Origin: an uncultured virus (IMG/VR IMGVR_UViG_2875459517_000006)
Lineage: Duplodnaviria > Heunggongvirae > Uroviricota > Caudoviricetes
Length of the DNA: 64,000 nucleotides
IMG/VR virus record: IMGVR_UViG_2875459517_000006
Coordinates: 1-64,000 of that record
Strand: one strand, 5' to 3'
Below the pieces are notes generated by a model. The model was not told the DNA's origin. It did not search any database and saw only the letters and a program-made list of their open reading frames with translations. Of this stretch, positions 20,256-28,931 are shown piece after piece (positions within the stretch are counted from its first letter, which is position 1; each line of letters opens with the position of its first letter). Both the position numbers and the translations under genes were made by a program.

Positions 20256-20687
20256 CTATTCCTCCTCTCCGATAATGTCAGCCAGTTCTTCGAGCTCCTT
20301 CTCGATATCTTCGTTGCTTCGGGCGCCTCCGTCTGCTTCAGCGGTCGTTATCTGACGATCGGTCAGCAAGCCGTGGCGACGCATGAACAAGTCGATAGCT
20401 TTAACTGAAGGCTGCGGTCCTTTTATCAGCTTTAGGAGCTGCCCGTATACTTCGGACCGGTGCCCGGAAAGCATGTCGTCCGCTAATAGGTTCATGTATT
20501 CGATGAATACCGGATTTTGAAACCGCCATCGATAGAGCGTCATGCGACTTACACCGATTTCTTCGGCCAACGCGTCCTGACTTCGTTTGTTCCCGTCTTC
20601 GGGCGTGACTTCATTACTCGCAACGACTTGCGCTGCCTTACGTTGCTGAAGCGTTAGTTTTGCTTCAAGCTCTTTCATACGCGACAT
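20256..20687 (-). CDS. HTH protein (phBC6A51-like), probable small terminase subunit
   Basis: HTH 'LAEEIGVSRMTLYRW', 'PSVKAIDLF'; lies between TerL and portal. Confidence 0.65.
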   Translation of the reverse strand: MSRMKELEAKLTLQQRKAAQVVASNEVTPEDGNKRSQDALAEEIGVSRMTLYRWRFQNPVFIEYMNLLADDMLSGHRSEVYGQLLKLIKGPQPSVKAIDLFMRRHGLLTDRQITTAEADGGARSNEDIEKELEELADIIGEEE

Positions 20688-20703
20688 TTTATCGCCTCCT
20701 TTC

Positions 20704-22458
20704 TTATAGCCATCCCGGCTTCTTCACCAGCCTTGTTTTCGGCCTGAATACGGATTCGAGCGCTTGCTGAAGCGCATCGAGTGAGTCAACGTAATCGCCG
20801 AAAGGATACTGTGCCATCTGATCGAGAAGCATCGTGTGCCTATCGTTCAGAATCAACGTTTTGTTATGCAACATCGGCTCCATCGACTGAATACGCTCGT
20901 CTTTCGAAGATTTATGCGATTTCACATCGTTCACGCGGCACGTATAAAGACCTTCCTGCCGGACCCGCTCCTGAAGCTGACGGTAGTATTCGTGTTGCGC
21001 GTTAATCGTTTCAACGTTGAAGGAACGGTGCCGGTATTGTTTGATCTTCCGAATAATGACGTCAATGTATACGTGCGCCGGCTCCTTCGACGCGTATTCA
21101 TCAAGTACGAAAATGTATCCCGTCGGCTCGTGTTTGCCGAGCGTAATAACCGAGTTATAGCAAGACCGCGCATTCTTACCCTGCGCGATATCCCACGCGC
21201 CAACAATTAGAAGATCACTGACCGGTATTTTCAATTCGTTGTACACGACGTATGCTGTTCCGTTCTCGTAATAATAGTGATAATAAGCGTAGTTATCCGG
21301 GAAGAAGAACTGCTCGTCTTCACTGAAAGCCAAGTTTCGGAATTCCGAGTTATATGCACGCGTTCCCATGTTTACTTTCTCGTGCATGAGCTCGCGATAG
21401 GTCCAGCGCCAAGGCCACGCCAGTTCGACGCCGTCCTCCAACGCCTCTTTATGCGCTTCGTAGAATTCGTCAGCCTCTTCGATCGTTTCCGCTCTCGCAT
21501 AGACCTCGCAGTATTTGTCCCATAATTCCGGGTGTGTTGGCTCGCTTATGATCGCTCCGTGAAAGCTCGCCTTGAAATCCTTACGCTTCAGAACGTGGTT
21601 AAGAAGCCCGGTCGCCGAAACCATTGTCCCGACTAACACGATCGCAGTCGCCTTGGACCCGATCGGAACAACGACCGAGTTAAACCAATGAACGAGCTTT
21701 TCCCGCGCTTCCTTGGTTCCTTCGTTGTTTGTCGATGACGGGTCGTCAATTATTACGAGATCCGGCCGGACAGCTCCGTGACGCTTACCGCGAAGCTGCT
21801 TACCGGAGGATGACGACTCGATAAGGATATTCGTCGTTGTAATGAACGCCTCTTCGTTATCCTTTTCGTTGCGGCTTGCCGACTCGTGCATCATAGGCCC
21901 GAAGTCTTCCCGCAGCTTGGCATTAAATTTCATTTGCTTGTTAACCCATCCGATGAGCTTTTTCGATAGCGAATCCGTCTCTGATATCACGAGAATGTAT
22001 TTGCGCTTTCTATAAGCCGCCTGATGTAACGGCAAAGCGTTCGAAAACATTCCGGATTTTGAGTGGCCCCGGGCTGCCGCGATTGCAAGACGCGCGTTCC
22101 TTTTTTCTTCGTTGACGTAATCGCAAAGCTCAAAAAACTCTTCATGGATCTTCGCGATGTCTTCAATGCCGTCGTGGGGCGTCCCGTCATCCGAATTCCT
22201 TACGACATTATCCTCGTTTTCCGGGTTTAGGCCGTCGCTCAAATACTCGTAGGTAAAATATGCGATATCCACCTCGGCACGATGAACACGCTTCAGCTTA
22301 ATTAATTCTGCCTTGTTCTTCCGGAACATATCGATATGGTAATCGGTGGCTTTTTTCGCTTTAATGAGGGCTGCTAATCGGCGCACACTCTCGATCAATA
22401 AGTCGATACGTTCTTGCCGCTCTTCACGATCCAACCATTTCCCGTTAATATACGCCAA
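20704..22458 (-). CDS. terL: Terminase large subunit
   Basis: Walker A-like ARGHSKS, 'RG.RH...RPDLVIIDD', C-terminal nuclease 'D.LDAL'; TTG start at 22458 with AAGGAGG RBS (the track's start is over-extended). Confidence 0.9.
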   Translation of the reverse strand: MAYINGKWLDREERQERIDLLIESVRRLAALIKAKKATDYHIDMFRKNKAELIKLKRVHRAEVDIAYFTYEYLSDGLNPENEDNVVRNSDDGTPHDGIEDIAKIHEEFFELCDYVNEEKRNARLAIAAARGHSKSGMFSNALPLHQAAYRKRKYILVISETDSLSKKLIGWVNKQMKFNAKLREDFGPMMHESASRNEKDNEEAFITTTNILIESSSSGKQLRGKRHGAVRPDLVIIDDPSSTNNEGTKEAREKLVHWFNSVVVPIGSKATAIVLVGTMVSATGLLNHVLKRKDFKASFHGAIISEPTHPELWDKYCEVYARAETIEEADEFYEAHKEALEDGVELAWPWRWTYRELMHEKVNMGTRAYNSEFRNLAFSEDEQFFFPDNYAYYHYYYENGTAYVVYNELKIPVSDLLIVGAWDIAQGKNARSCYNSVITLGKHEPTGYIFVLDEYASKEPAHVYIDVIIRKIKQYRHRSFNVETINAQHEYYRQLQERVRQEGLYTCRVNDVKSHKSSKDERIQSMEPMLHNKTLILNDRHTMLLDQMAQYPFGDYVDSLDALQQALESVFRPKTRLVKKPGWL

Positions 22459-22540
22459 ATTATCGCCCTCCTTTCGCTTGACTTTCGTTTTTAATTTCGT
22501 TAATATGAATTTAACATATTGAGAACGGAGTGAAATTCGA

Positions 22541-23089
22541 ATGAACGAAGTCCAACCGATTAGAGAAAAACGCCAAATAAACGCAATAAAAAAAGCCCTT
22601 CGCGGGCGAGATCTGCTTTTATTTACGATCGGCATTAATTCCGGCCTACGCATTTCCGATATACTTGCGCTCAAAGTCGGTGATGTGCGCGGAAAGGCCT
22701 TCGTTGCGATTACGGAAGGGAAAACGAAGAAGTCAAAACGTTTCTTCTTCAATGCCGCAATCAAGAAAGCCGTTGCCGACCTGATTCCGGCTGAAGCAAA
22801 CGATGACGACTGGCTTTTCCCTTCTCGGAAAGGTTCGAAAGCTATTACCCGCGTCCGTGCCTATGGCATCCTTAACGAAGCTGTTGAGCGCGCCGGCCTC
22901 TCAGAGAAGCTCGGCACAATCGGCTGCCACTCGTTGCGTAAGACTTTCGGCTACCACGCGTACAAGAACGGCACGGATCTTACGCTACTTCAATCGATTT
23001 TCAACCACTCGAAGCAGTCGGTCACGTTGAGATATATCGGAATCAATCAGGACCGGATCGACGAAGTATACGCGAATGTTAATCTATAA
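22541..23089 (+). CDS. Short tyrosine recombinase (catalytic domain only)
   Basis: GLRISD, HSLRK, NHS and RYIG catalytic motifs; 182 aa. Confidence 0.9.
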   Translation: MNEVQPIREKRQINAIKKALRGRDLLLFTIGINSGLRISDILALKVGDVRGKAFVAITEGKTKKSKRFFFNAAIKKAVADLIPAEANDDDWLFPSRKGSKAITRVRAYGILNEAVERAGLSEKLGTIGCHSLRKTFGYHAYKNGTDLTLLQSIFNHSKQSVTLRYIGINQDRIDEVYANVNL

Positions 23090-23286
23090 GACGACGGGCG
23101 CCCCAACGTTTGAGCCGCAGCCAACGTAGGTGTGCTCGTCTTTTTTCGTATATGCCGATTGCAGATCCGACTTCTTCCTGCCGCTTCCGTATTTCTGCTC
23201 CATACCGCAGCAGACACATCGACTTGCAATCGCATACTTCGAAATGGCGCGAACAATTAGACGGGGCGCAGTGGGATTCCGTTTGC

Positions 23287-23538
23287 TTATTCGTCATAGC
23301 TTCGTCCACCACCGTGTTTCGCCTGCTCCTCCCGCAATTCAGCCAGCGCCTGCGTCGCAGCCTTTGCTTCGCGCTGAAGCGCTTTGAGACCGGTTATAGC
23401 TTCTGATACCTCTACGGCTACTTTTACGCTAACGTCGCCTGTTGCGTAAATATTTCCGGTTTGAGATTCTAGGCTGAATTTTGTAGTATTTACCTTCGCC
23501 ATTTCTGAATTTACTGTTGATTCGCGTTTATCCGCCAT
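23287..23538 (-). CDS. Hypothetical protein
   Basis: AAAGGAG RBS; C-terminal coiled coil. Confidence 0.55.
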   Translation of the reverse strand: MADKRESTVNSEMAKVNTTKFSLESQTGNIYATGDVSVKVAVEVSEAITGLKALQREAKAATQALAELREEQAKHGGGRSYDE

Positions 23539-23595
23539 TCACATCGTCTCCTTTTCGTTTCTTAAAGCGCGCTCCAACATGAAACCCGCTTTTAC

Positions 23596-23653
23596 AGGGG
23601 CGACAGGGATCGAACCTGCCCAAATAATCCGCCACCGAGGAACATGCGCCCCT
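23596..23653 (-). pseudogene. tRNA-like element lacking an anticodon arm
   Basis: 7-bp acceptor-like stem AGGGGCG/CGCCCCT and T-arm GCAGG-TTCGATC-CCTGT; only 27 nt between them; no CCA. Confidence 0.55.
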
Positions 23654-23868
23654 ATTTGCCACACCGACCGGGGTCCGCATTGTTAAGAGGCGTGTCGGTG
23701 GGTGCGCTAGCGTCACCGGAAGGCTCGGAAGCACATTCCGACTGATCAGTAAAACGCAAGCACAAAAAGACCTCCGCCGTAGGGTGCGGAAGCCTCGTTC
23801 TGATTGCGTTGGACTCACGTAGGCTATGTCGACCATGTCGAACGCAAGTCTAAGCCGCTGTCCGTATA

Positions 23869-24030
23869 TTATTGGACGTAGTAAATTTCCTCCCCAGACT
23901 CATCCTCAACCCCCGCCAATTCCGCAAGCTTTTGAAAAGCTATGTTATTCTCTAGCGGACCTGCCTCGCATTCATATCTACAAACCTTAAGCTGCTCGAC
24001 GATTTCTTTTAACGTTTTAAATTCCGCCAT
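23869..24030 (-). CDS. Small hypothetical protein (53 aa); not in ORF track
   Basis: MAEFKTLKEIVEQLKVCRYECEAGPLENN...; starts 1 nt after the upstream stop. Confidence 0.5.
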   Translation of the reverse strand: MAEFKTLKEIVEQLKVCRYECEAGPLENNIAFQKLAELAGVEDESGEEIYYVQ

Positions 24031-24031
24031 C

Positions 24032-24298
24032 TTATTCGATCACCCTTTCGTAAGTCTTTTCGAAAATGCCCGGCTTGCACGGGTAAAGTTCGCCCTCAAT
24101 TCCGCGAATAATGTAATCGCCAACTTGCGCAGCCATTACGCCTTCTAACGTCGGTATATACATTACGACCGGCTTTTGTCGATAGTCTACCCGAATTAAC
24201 TTATCGTGGGATAACTCCGCTATAGCCGATATAGATTCCGTCGTATCCTCGAATTTTACCGCTTCTATTTCAACCGGCTTTTTACGATATTTCGCCAC
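24032..24298 (-). CDS. Conserved phage hypothetical protein
   Basis: Widespread 'KYRKKPV.IEA...PTLEG...A..GDYII.G..GE.YPCKP.IF.KTYE' family; GGGAGGA RBS. Confidence 0.8.
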   Translation of the reverse strand: MAKYRKKPVEIEAVKFEDTTESISAIAELSHDKLIRVDYRQKPVVMYIPTLEGVMAAQVGDYIIRGIEGELYPCKPGIFEKTYERVIE

Positions 24299-24413
24299 CC
24301 TTTCGTCCTCCCTTCGAAATTACACGAAATTAGCGTTTCGCAACGTTCACCCTACCGAATACCCTCCGGATGGATTTAAACGGATGTGGCGTGCTTATTT
24401 CGTGGCAGAATCG

Positions 24414-24869
24414 TTATTGATTGATTTCATAAGCAAACTCGCCGTGTTTGTCCGGCACTAACGGAATCTTTTCCGGCCAAATTTCCGGAGAATTCGCGAC
24501 CAATAGTACTGAACGAGATGCAAACATATCGTAAAATAACTGCGCGGATCTGAAGGATACGTCCTCGTACACGAGTCGGTAGCCGTTAATTTTCCGTATC
24601 TTATCGACGTCTTCTATACTCGTGTAGGTCCGTATCCATTTGCGCAATTCGTCGCTGGTCCCGCGCGTCAAATACGTACCGTTGCCAATTCCAATCTCGC
24701 CTTTTTCGGCTGCACCTTCGTTTAGCGTCGAATATCCAACGTAAATCAGCGTCGAGCTGATCGGCTGATTCGGGACATTTACTATTGGTCCGACAATTTC
24801 GTCTTGCAAAATAGCGTATAGAACGCCTTCGCCTGTAAGAGCGGTTTTCTTCTCCATTTCCGCGATCAC
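24414..24869 (-). CDS. Hypothetical protein
   Basis: ORF with GGAGGTG RBS (true start probably the MEKK ATG). Confidence 0.55.
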   Translation of the reverse strand: MIAEMEKKTALTGEGVLYAILQDEIVGPIVNVPNQPISSTLIYVGYSTLNEGAAEKGEIGIGNGTYLTRGTSDELRKWIRTYTSIEDVDKIRKINGYRLVYEDVSFRSAQLFYDMFASRSVLLVANSPEIWPEKIPLVPDKHGEFAYEINQ

Positions 24870-25722
24870 CTCCGTTTAGTTGACGCCCCGAGTTCGAAAA
24901 ATTGTGCGCAAGTTCCGGACAGCAGTTGCGCCGGTATTTTTGGGGGCGGTTGGGGGCCCGGCGTTTCCGCAATTCTTCGTTTGGGTCATCGTATATTAAA
25001 TACACATTTATGAATAACGAATTTAACAGAAGTAAATTGAGTTACATTCGAATCAATAGACAAACGTTGATATGATAACATTCGTCATCGTTTACTCATC
25101 GCAATTAATCGTATGTTGTTTATGCATTCGCTAACCCGCGCCACGCCTGCACCCTGCCGTATGCCATGTGCCGCATGCTATGTATAGGATCGTGCATATT
25201 GCGTTGGCCATTCGGTTTGACCCCGTGAGTTTCGGAAGGGCTCACCCTCCGTCAGTGGCTCGTTACTGTTCGCCTCATCACGCATCGCAACCGGACGCCT
25301 CACCGACGCCTTCCTCCCTATATAACTATACGTATGCCTATACGGTGTTACATATAGCGTATGTGTGCCGGCTGTACCCCGCCTGCCTATCGCTAGGTTA
25401 TACGGTATGTTACGTCCTTCTATTACGTATAGACAGCTAAGCCGGTAAATTATACGGTATTATCGTTGTCCTTCCGTTATTTATTTCGTTAGATTAACGC
25501 TATATTAACGAATGTCTTCCGCTTGTACTTAAACATAGCGCTAATTCCGGTCACTTCGTTCCCTACATACGCGCAGATATTAATAGATATATTGATTGCG
25601 TTAACCCCGGACGAAGGCGGAGCCGTAGTTCCGGAGGCTTGTGACTCACAAGACTAAGAAGTGATTGGCGGACTAAAACGGCTGTATCCCTTGCGGCTCT
25701 AAGCGCGAACCCACTTTTCGGG

Positions 25723-25773
25723 TGTACGAATAAAGTCGTGTTTTTGCCCGATTTGTACGAATAAAGTCGTGTT
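25723..25773. repeat. 20-bp perfect direct repeat, two copies (iteron-like)
   Basis: TGTACGAATAAAGTCGTGTT at 25723-25742 and 25754-25773, period 31 bp. Confidence 0.85.
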
Positions 25774-25839
25774 CATTATCATTTAGATTATCGTAATTGA
25801 GAATCGCAGACTAAACGAACCCACGAAAAAAGACGCCAA

Positions 25840-26079
25840 CTATTCGTCAGCGCCTCCGTTTTCTTCGTCTACAAGATCGATCAGTTCACGTATGTCTTTT
25901 ATATTCAACGCCGCCGCAATCCGGCTGAGATGGTCGAGCTGGATACGTTCTCTATGTCCGCGGACTAATTCACTTATTGTATTCGGACGGATTCCGGTTA
26001 GTTCAGCGAGTTCTCCCTGCGTCTTGCCCGAGCGCTTTAACGCCTCGCCTACCTTTATCTTTGCGATCATTTCCGCCAC
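25840..26079 (-). CDS. XRE-family HTH regulator
   Basis: 'TQGELAELTGIRPNTISEL...L.RIA.AL'; AGGAGG RBS. Confidence 0.88.
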   Translation of the reverse strand: MAEMIAKIKVGEALKRSGKTQGELAELTGIRPNTISELVRGHRERIQLDHLSRIAAALNIKDIRELIDLVDEENGGADE

Positions 26080-26090
26080 CTCCTACGCTT

Positions 26091-26156
26091 ATTATAACGT
26101 AAAAACGATATTTTTATCAATAACGTATTGACGTTATAACGTTTATGCGATATAAT
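26091..26156. promoter_or_regulatory. Back-to-back sigmaA promoters with a candidate operator
   Basis: Plus strand TTGACG-N17-TATAAT (26128-26156); minus strand TTGATA-N18-TATAAT (26120-26091); palindrome ACGTTATAACGT at 26131-26142 and repeated ATAACGT half-sites. Confidence 0.8.
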
Positions 26157-26185
26157 TAAAGTAACGAAAGGAGGTGAACGGTAAA

Positions 26186-26332
26186 TTGATTGACATCATC
26201 GTAAAGCTTTCAGCGCTCCTAGGCACTTGGTTAGCGATTTTCAAACTATCGCTAGAACTTCGCAAGATGCGCAAAGAGGCGAAAGCAAAAGAGCGACGGA
26301 TTCCGACCAAGAAACACCGTCGCCGCACATAA
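26186..26332 (+). CDS. 48-aa single-TM peptide with a basic tail (type I toxin-like); not in ORF track
   Basis: AAGGAGGTG RBS, TTG start; MIDIIVKLSALLGTWLAIFKLSLELRKMRKEAKAKERRIPTKKHRRRT. Confidence 0.7.
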   Translation: MIDIIVKLSALLGTWLAIFKLSLELRKMRKEAKAKERRIPTKKHRRRT

Positions 26333-26374
26333 TCCAACGGGGGCGAAAGCCCCTGTCAATCAATTATACCACGT

Positions 26375-26548
26375 ATGAAACGGATTAATACCACGGAAAT
26401 TTTGCTAATTGTCGTCCTTGTCTCATGGATCGCGAGCATGAATTTCGCCAAGCTTTCCGCGCTCGATTATATCGGAATCGGATCGGCGATCGTGTTTTTT
26501 GTCCTTCTGCTCTTACGGCGGAAAGGCGGTGTGGAAAATGACGCTTGA
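26375..26548 (+). CDS. 57-aa two-TM membrane peptide; not in ORF track
   Basis: MKRINTTEILLIVVLVSWIASMNFAKLSALDYIGIGSAIVFFVLLLLRRKGGVENDA; no clear RBS. Confidence 0.55.
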   Translation: MKRINTTEILLIVVLVSWIASMNFAKLSALDYIGIGSAIVFFVLLLLRRKGGVENDA

Positions 26549-26738
26549 TATAAGACGCCTGTGGTCGGATACGCCGCCATTAACGGCGCAACAAAAAGCG
26601 CAGATCCTCGACCTATACCAACGACCGATGACGCTATTTCAGGACAGCGGTCGCGCGTATCAGATCGGATTTAATACGGCGCTTACCTACTTCGGGTACT
26701 TAATCGAAAAGGAAACGGAGAGCCAGAACGATGATTGA
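26538..26738 (+). CDS. Hypothetical protein (66 aa)
   Basis: AAAGGCGGTG RBS-like sequence before MTLDIRR. Confidence 0.55.
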   Translation: MTLDIRRLWSDTPPLTAQQKAQILDLYQRPMTLFQDSGRAYQIGFNTALTYFGYLIEKETESQNDD

Positions 26739-26847
26739 ATACACTTGCCACGATTGCAATTACGCAAAGTTAGATATCGAAATCAAGCCGGACGCGTGCT
26801 GCCCTACGTGTGGTACGCGGCTGGAAGTCGAGGAGGAAATCGTATGA
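26731..26847 (+). CDS. 38-aa zinc-ribbon peptide; not in ORF track
   Basis: MIEYTCHDC...CCPTCG; overlaps both neighbours, with ATGA coupling to the next gene. Confidence 0.55.
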   Translation: MIEYTCHDCNYAKLDIEIKPDACCPTCGTRLEVEEEIV

Positions 26848-27281
26848 AACGTTTAGTTAAATCGCTCGTAATCACCGCTACCTTATTAACCGGCACTATT
26901 GCGCTGGCTCCGCAAGCTGATGCGGCATGGTCAGGCTGGCAGACGGAGAAGTTCGGACATAAAGCGCGGGTATATACGGACGCAACCACGTACAGCAGTA
27001 GCGCAAGCACGGTCGATTGGAAAGCCGAGAAGAAAGGTGGCGCCACGCTGTACTACACGGCCGGCGTTTATAAAAAGCGGAGCAGCGGCGGACTGACTGA
27101 CACCGGCTTAGTACAGCGCGGAAGCTTCAAGACATCAACGCCGCTGAAATCGTTTAGTGCGAAGTCGATCCGCAGCAAGACCGGCAAAGGCACATACGTT
27201 ATCCAGATCGACTGCTATTCGGATTCAGGCAAGCGCAAATACGTCGGTACGTTTGAGTCAGCGAAATTCAACGTTAAATAA
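26844..27281 (+). CDS. Secreted basic beta-rich protein
   Basis: GAGGAGG RBS; Sec signal MKRLVKSLVITATLLTGTIALAPQADA|A. Confidence 0.8.
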   Translation: MKRLVKSLVITATLLTGTIALAPQADAAWSGWQTEKFGHKARVYTDATTYSSSASTVDWKAEKKGGATLYYTAGVYKKRSSGGLTDTGLVQRGSFKTSTPLKSFSAKSIRSKTGKGTYVIQIDCYSDSGKRKYVGTFESAKFNVK

Positions 27282-27411
27282 TAAACGAAATGAGCCGTTT
27301 CGAGCTTTCGGATACCTATCGTACCTGAACGCGTCTGAAGCGGCTCTCTCGTTGTAATTTCGTGGTATAATCGTTCTATACAACGATGTAGGACACGGAG
27401 GTACAACGAAA

Positions 27412-27591
27412 ATGGAGGAAAAATACGAGACTAACGGTATTGATACGTCGATCACTTACGAATACAAGGAATTTCCGGACAAGCGCGCAGGACGATGCGA
27501 TAACTGCGATTATACGCTTTTCAAAAGCTCGGTGAAGAGCGGGAAGTTTCTTCGGGAGTGCCGGCGGTGTGGGATGAAAAAGAATATTTAA
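27412..27591 (+). CDS. 59-aa zinc-finger protein; not in ORF track
   Basis: GGAGG RBS; CDNC...CRRC; TG-n-TATAAT extended -10 at 27363-27371. Confidence 0.65.
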   Translation: MEEKYETNGIDTSITYEYKEFPDKRAGRCDNCDYTLFKSSVKSGKFLRECRRCGMKKNI

Positions 27592-27606
27592 TAGGAGGCT
27601 ATTTCT

Positions 27607-27981
27607 TTGGAAAAGAAAAATTTTGATAAACTCGTTCAGAAACTACATTTAAAACACAGCAAACAAGTAGAAACACTCGAATTATTTGAGGCTATTGGTA
27701 CTAGCTTTCGAGCGCTTGAGCAAAAACTGAAATACATTCTTATATCAGATGAAGGTTCTTATATAGCCGTATCCTCTCACAAAATTTCAGCGCAACTAGT
27801 AGGGGTTAAGGCTGAGCTTCATGTGACTGAGGGAGAAAAACCCAAAATAGAAGTATTCAAAAACGGATCACATTTGACTTCAATTGAAACGTTCGGCCTT
27901 CAGCAAGCTTCTTTCGAAGACGGCCGCCCAAAAGACAAGAACGAAATAGCTGACCAGCTGCTAGGGCTGCTTTTCCTCTAA
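27607..27981 (+). CDS. Hypothetical AT-rich accessory protein
   Basis: AGGAGG RBS, TTG start. Confidence 0.65.
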   Translation: MEKKNFDKLVQKLHLKHSKQVETLELFEAIGTSFRALEQKLKYILISDEGSYIAVSSHKISAQLVGVKAELHVTEGEKPKIEVFKNGSHLTSIETFGLQQASFEDGRPKDKNEIADQLLGLLFL

Positions 27982-28079
27982 GATGTCTGATGGATAAATT
28001 TAACGACACCTAATCACTTCGCTCCAGCCGACTCTTACTATATCATTATAGTATTACGAAGCTGAAACGAGGTGATTTT

Positions 28080-28889
28080 TTGTTTATTTCGCCAATGCTA
28101 TTAGAGTCCGCAAAAGACCCGTTCGATTCTGACGACTACATTACGGAAATCAAATTCGACGGTATCCGCCTGCTCGCGTCCAAAGATGACGGCCGTATGT
28201 ACCTCTACACGCGCCACAATAACGAAGTCACCGCTAAATTCCCCGAACTTCACACGCTACAGATACCGGAAGGCACCGTACTCGATGGCGAGCTTATCGT
28301 GCCCGGACCGACAGGCGCCGGAGACTTCGAGGCTATGATGGAGCGGTTTCAATCGCGAAGAAGCTGTCATCCGATAGTATTCTGCGTGTTCGATATATTG
28401 CGACTCGACGGTGTATCAGTTACGTCGAAGCCGTTATATGAGCGGAAGGAATTATTAAACGGACTCGCTCTCGATCATCCTAACGTTAAGATCGTCGATA
28501 GTGTTGCCGGCAATGGCCACGCTGTTTTCGAATTAGCGAAAAGCTCCGGCATTGAAGGTGTCGTTATGAAGCGCGCAGATTCATCCTACGCGGAAAATAA
28601 GCGGTCAGATCGTTGGCTGAAGATCGTTAATTACGAATACACTGACGTTTGGATTACGGGATATCGGAAAGAGGATAATGCGCTCGTTTTAGCGTATGAA
28701 GACGGTGCTTATGCGGGCCTGATGGAGTTTATGCCGCACGCTGATCGGCGGAGATTTCATTCGGAGCGGGCAGACGTAGGAGAAACGGATAAATACGTGA
28801 ATATAGAGCCGATAAAATGCCGCGTGAAGCATCGATTTAAGACGCGCAAAGGACTGCTGCGGATACCTTCGTTTGATTCGTGGCTATAA
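28080..28889 (+). CDS. Minimal ATP-dependent DNA ligase (SPbeta LigB-like)
   Basis: E.KFDG.R, LDGEL, VFDIL, EGVVMK, W.K motifs. Confidence 0.88.
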   Translation: MFISPMLLESAKDPFDSDDYITEIKFDGIRLLASKDDGRMYLYTRHNNEVTAKFPELHTLQIPEGTVLDGELIVPGPTGAGDFEAMMERFQSRRSCHPIVFCVFDILRLDGVSVTSKPLYERKELLNGLALDHPNVKIVDSVAGNGHAVFELAKSSGIEGVVMKRADSSYAENKRSDRWLKIVNYEYTDVWITGYRKEDNALVLAYEDGAYAGLMEFMPHADRRRFHSERADVGETDKYVNIEPIKCRVKHRFKTRKGLLRIPSFDSWL

Positions 28890-28892
28890 ACG

Positions 28893-28927
28893 CAAAAATA
28901 AAGACGCCCGTATAAGGCGTCCTTTTT
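28893..28927. terminator. Bidirectional terminator
   Basis: A-run, GACGCC-loop-GGCGTC, T-run, between the convergent ligase and peptide ORF. Confidence 0.75.
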
Positions 28928-28931
28928 CGTT

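Noticed and set aside
22459..22764. N-terminal extension of TerL (686 aa in the track)
   Set aside because: Overlaps the recombinase on the other strand; a TTG with a good RBS lies at 22458.
23528..23836. 102-aa minus-strand ORF
   Set aside because: No convincing RBS, atypical composition, and it spans the tRNA-like and hairpin region.
25168..25440. 90-aa plus-strand ORF
   Set aside because: No RBS; low-complexity translation of a repetitive non-coding tract.
25723..25773. Mini-CRISPR array
   Set aside because: Only two 20-bp repeats separated by 11 bp.
26143..26337. 64-aa minus-strand ORF
   Set aside because: Antisense to the promoter- and RBS-supported 48-aa peptide.
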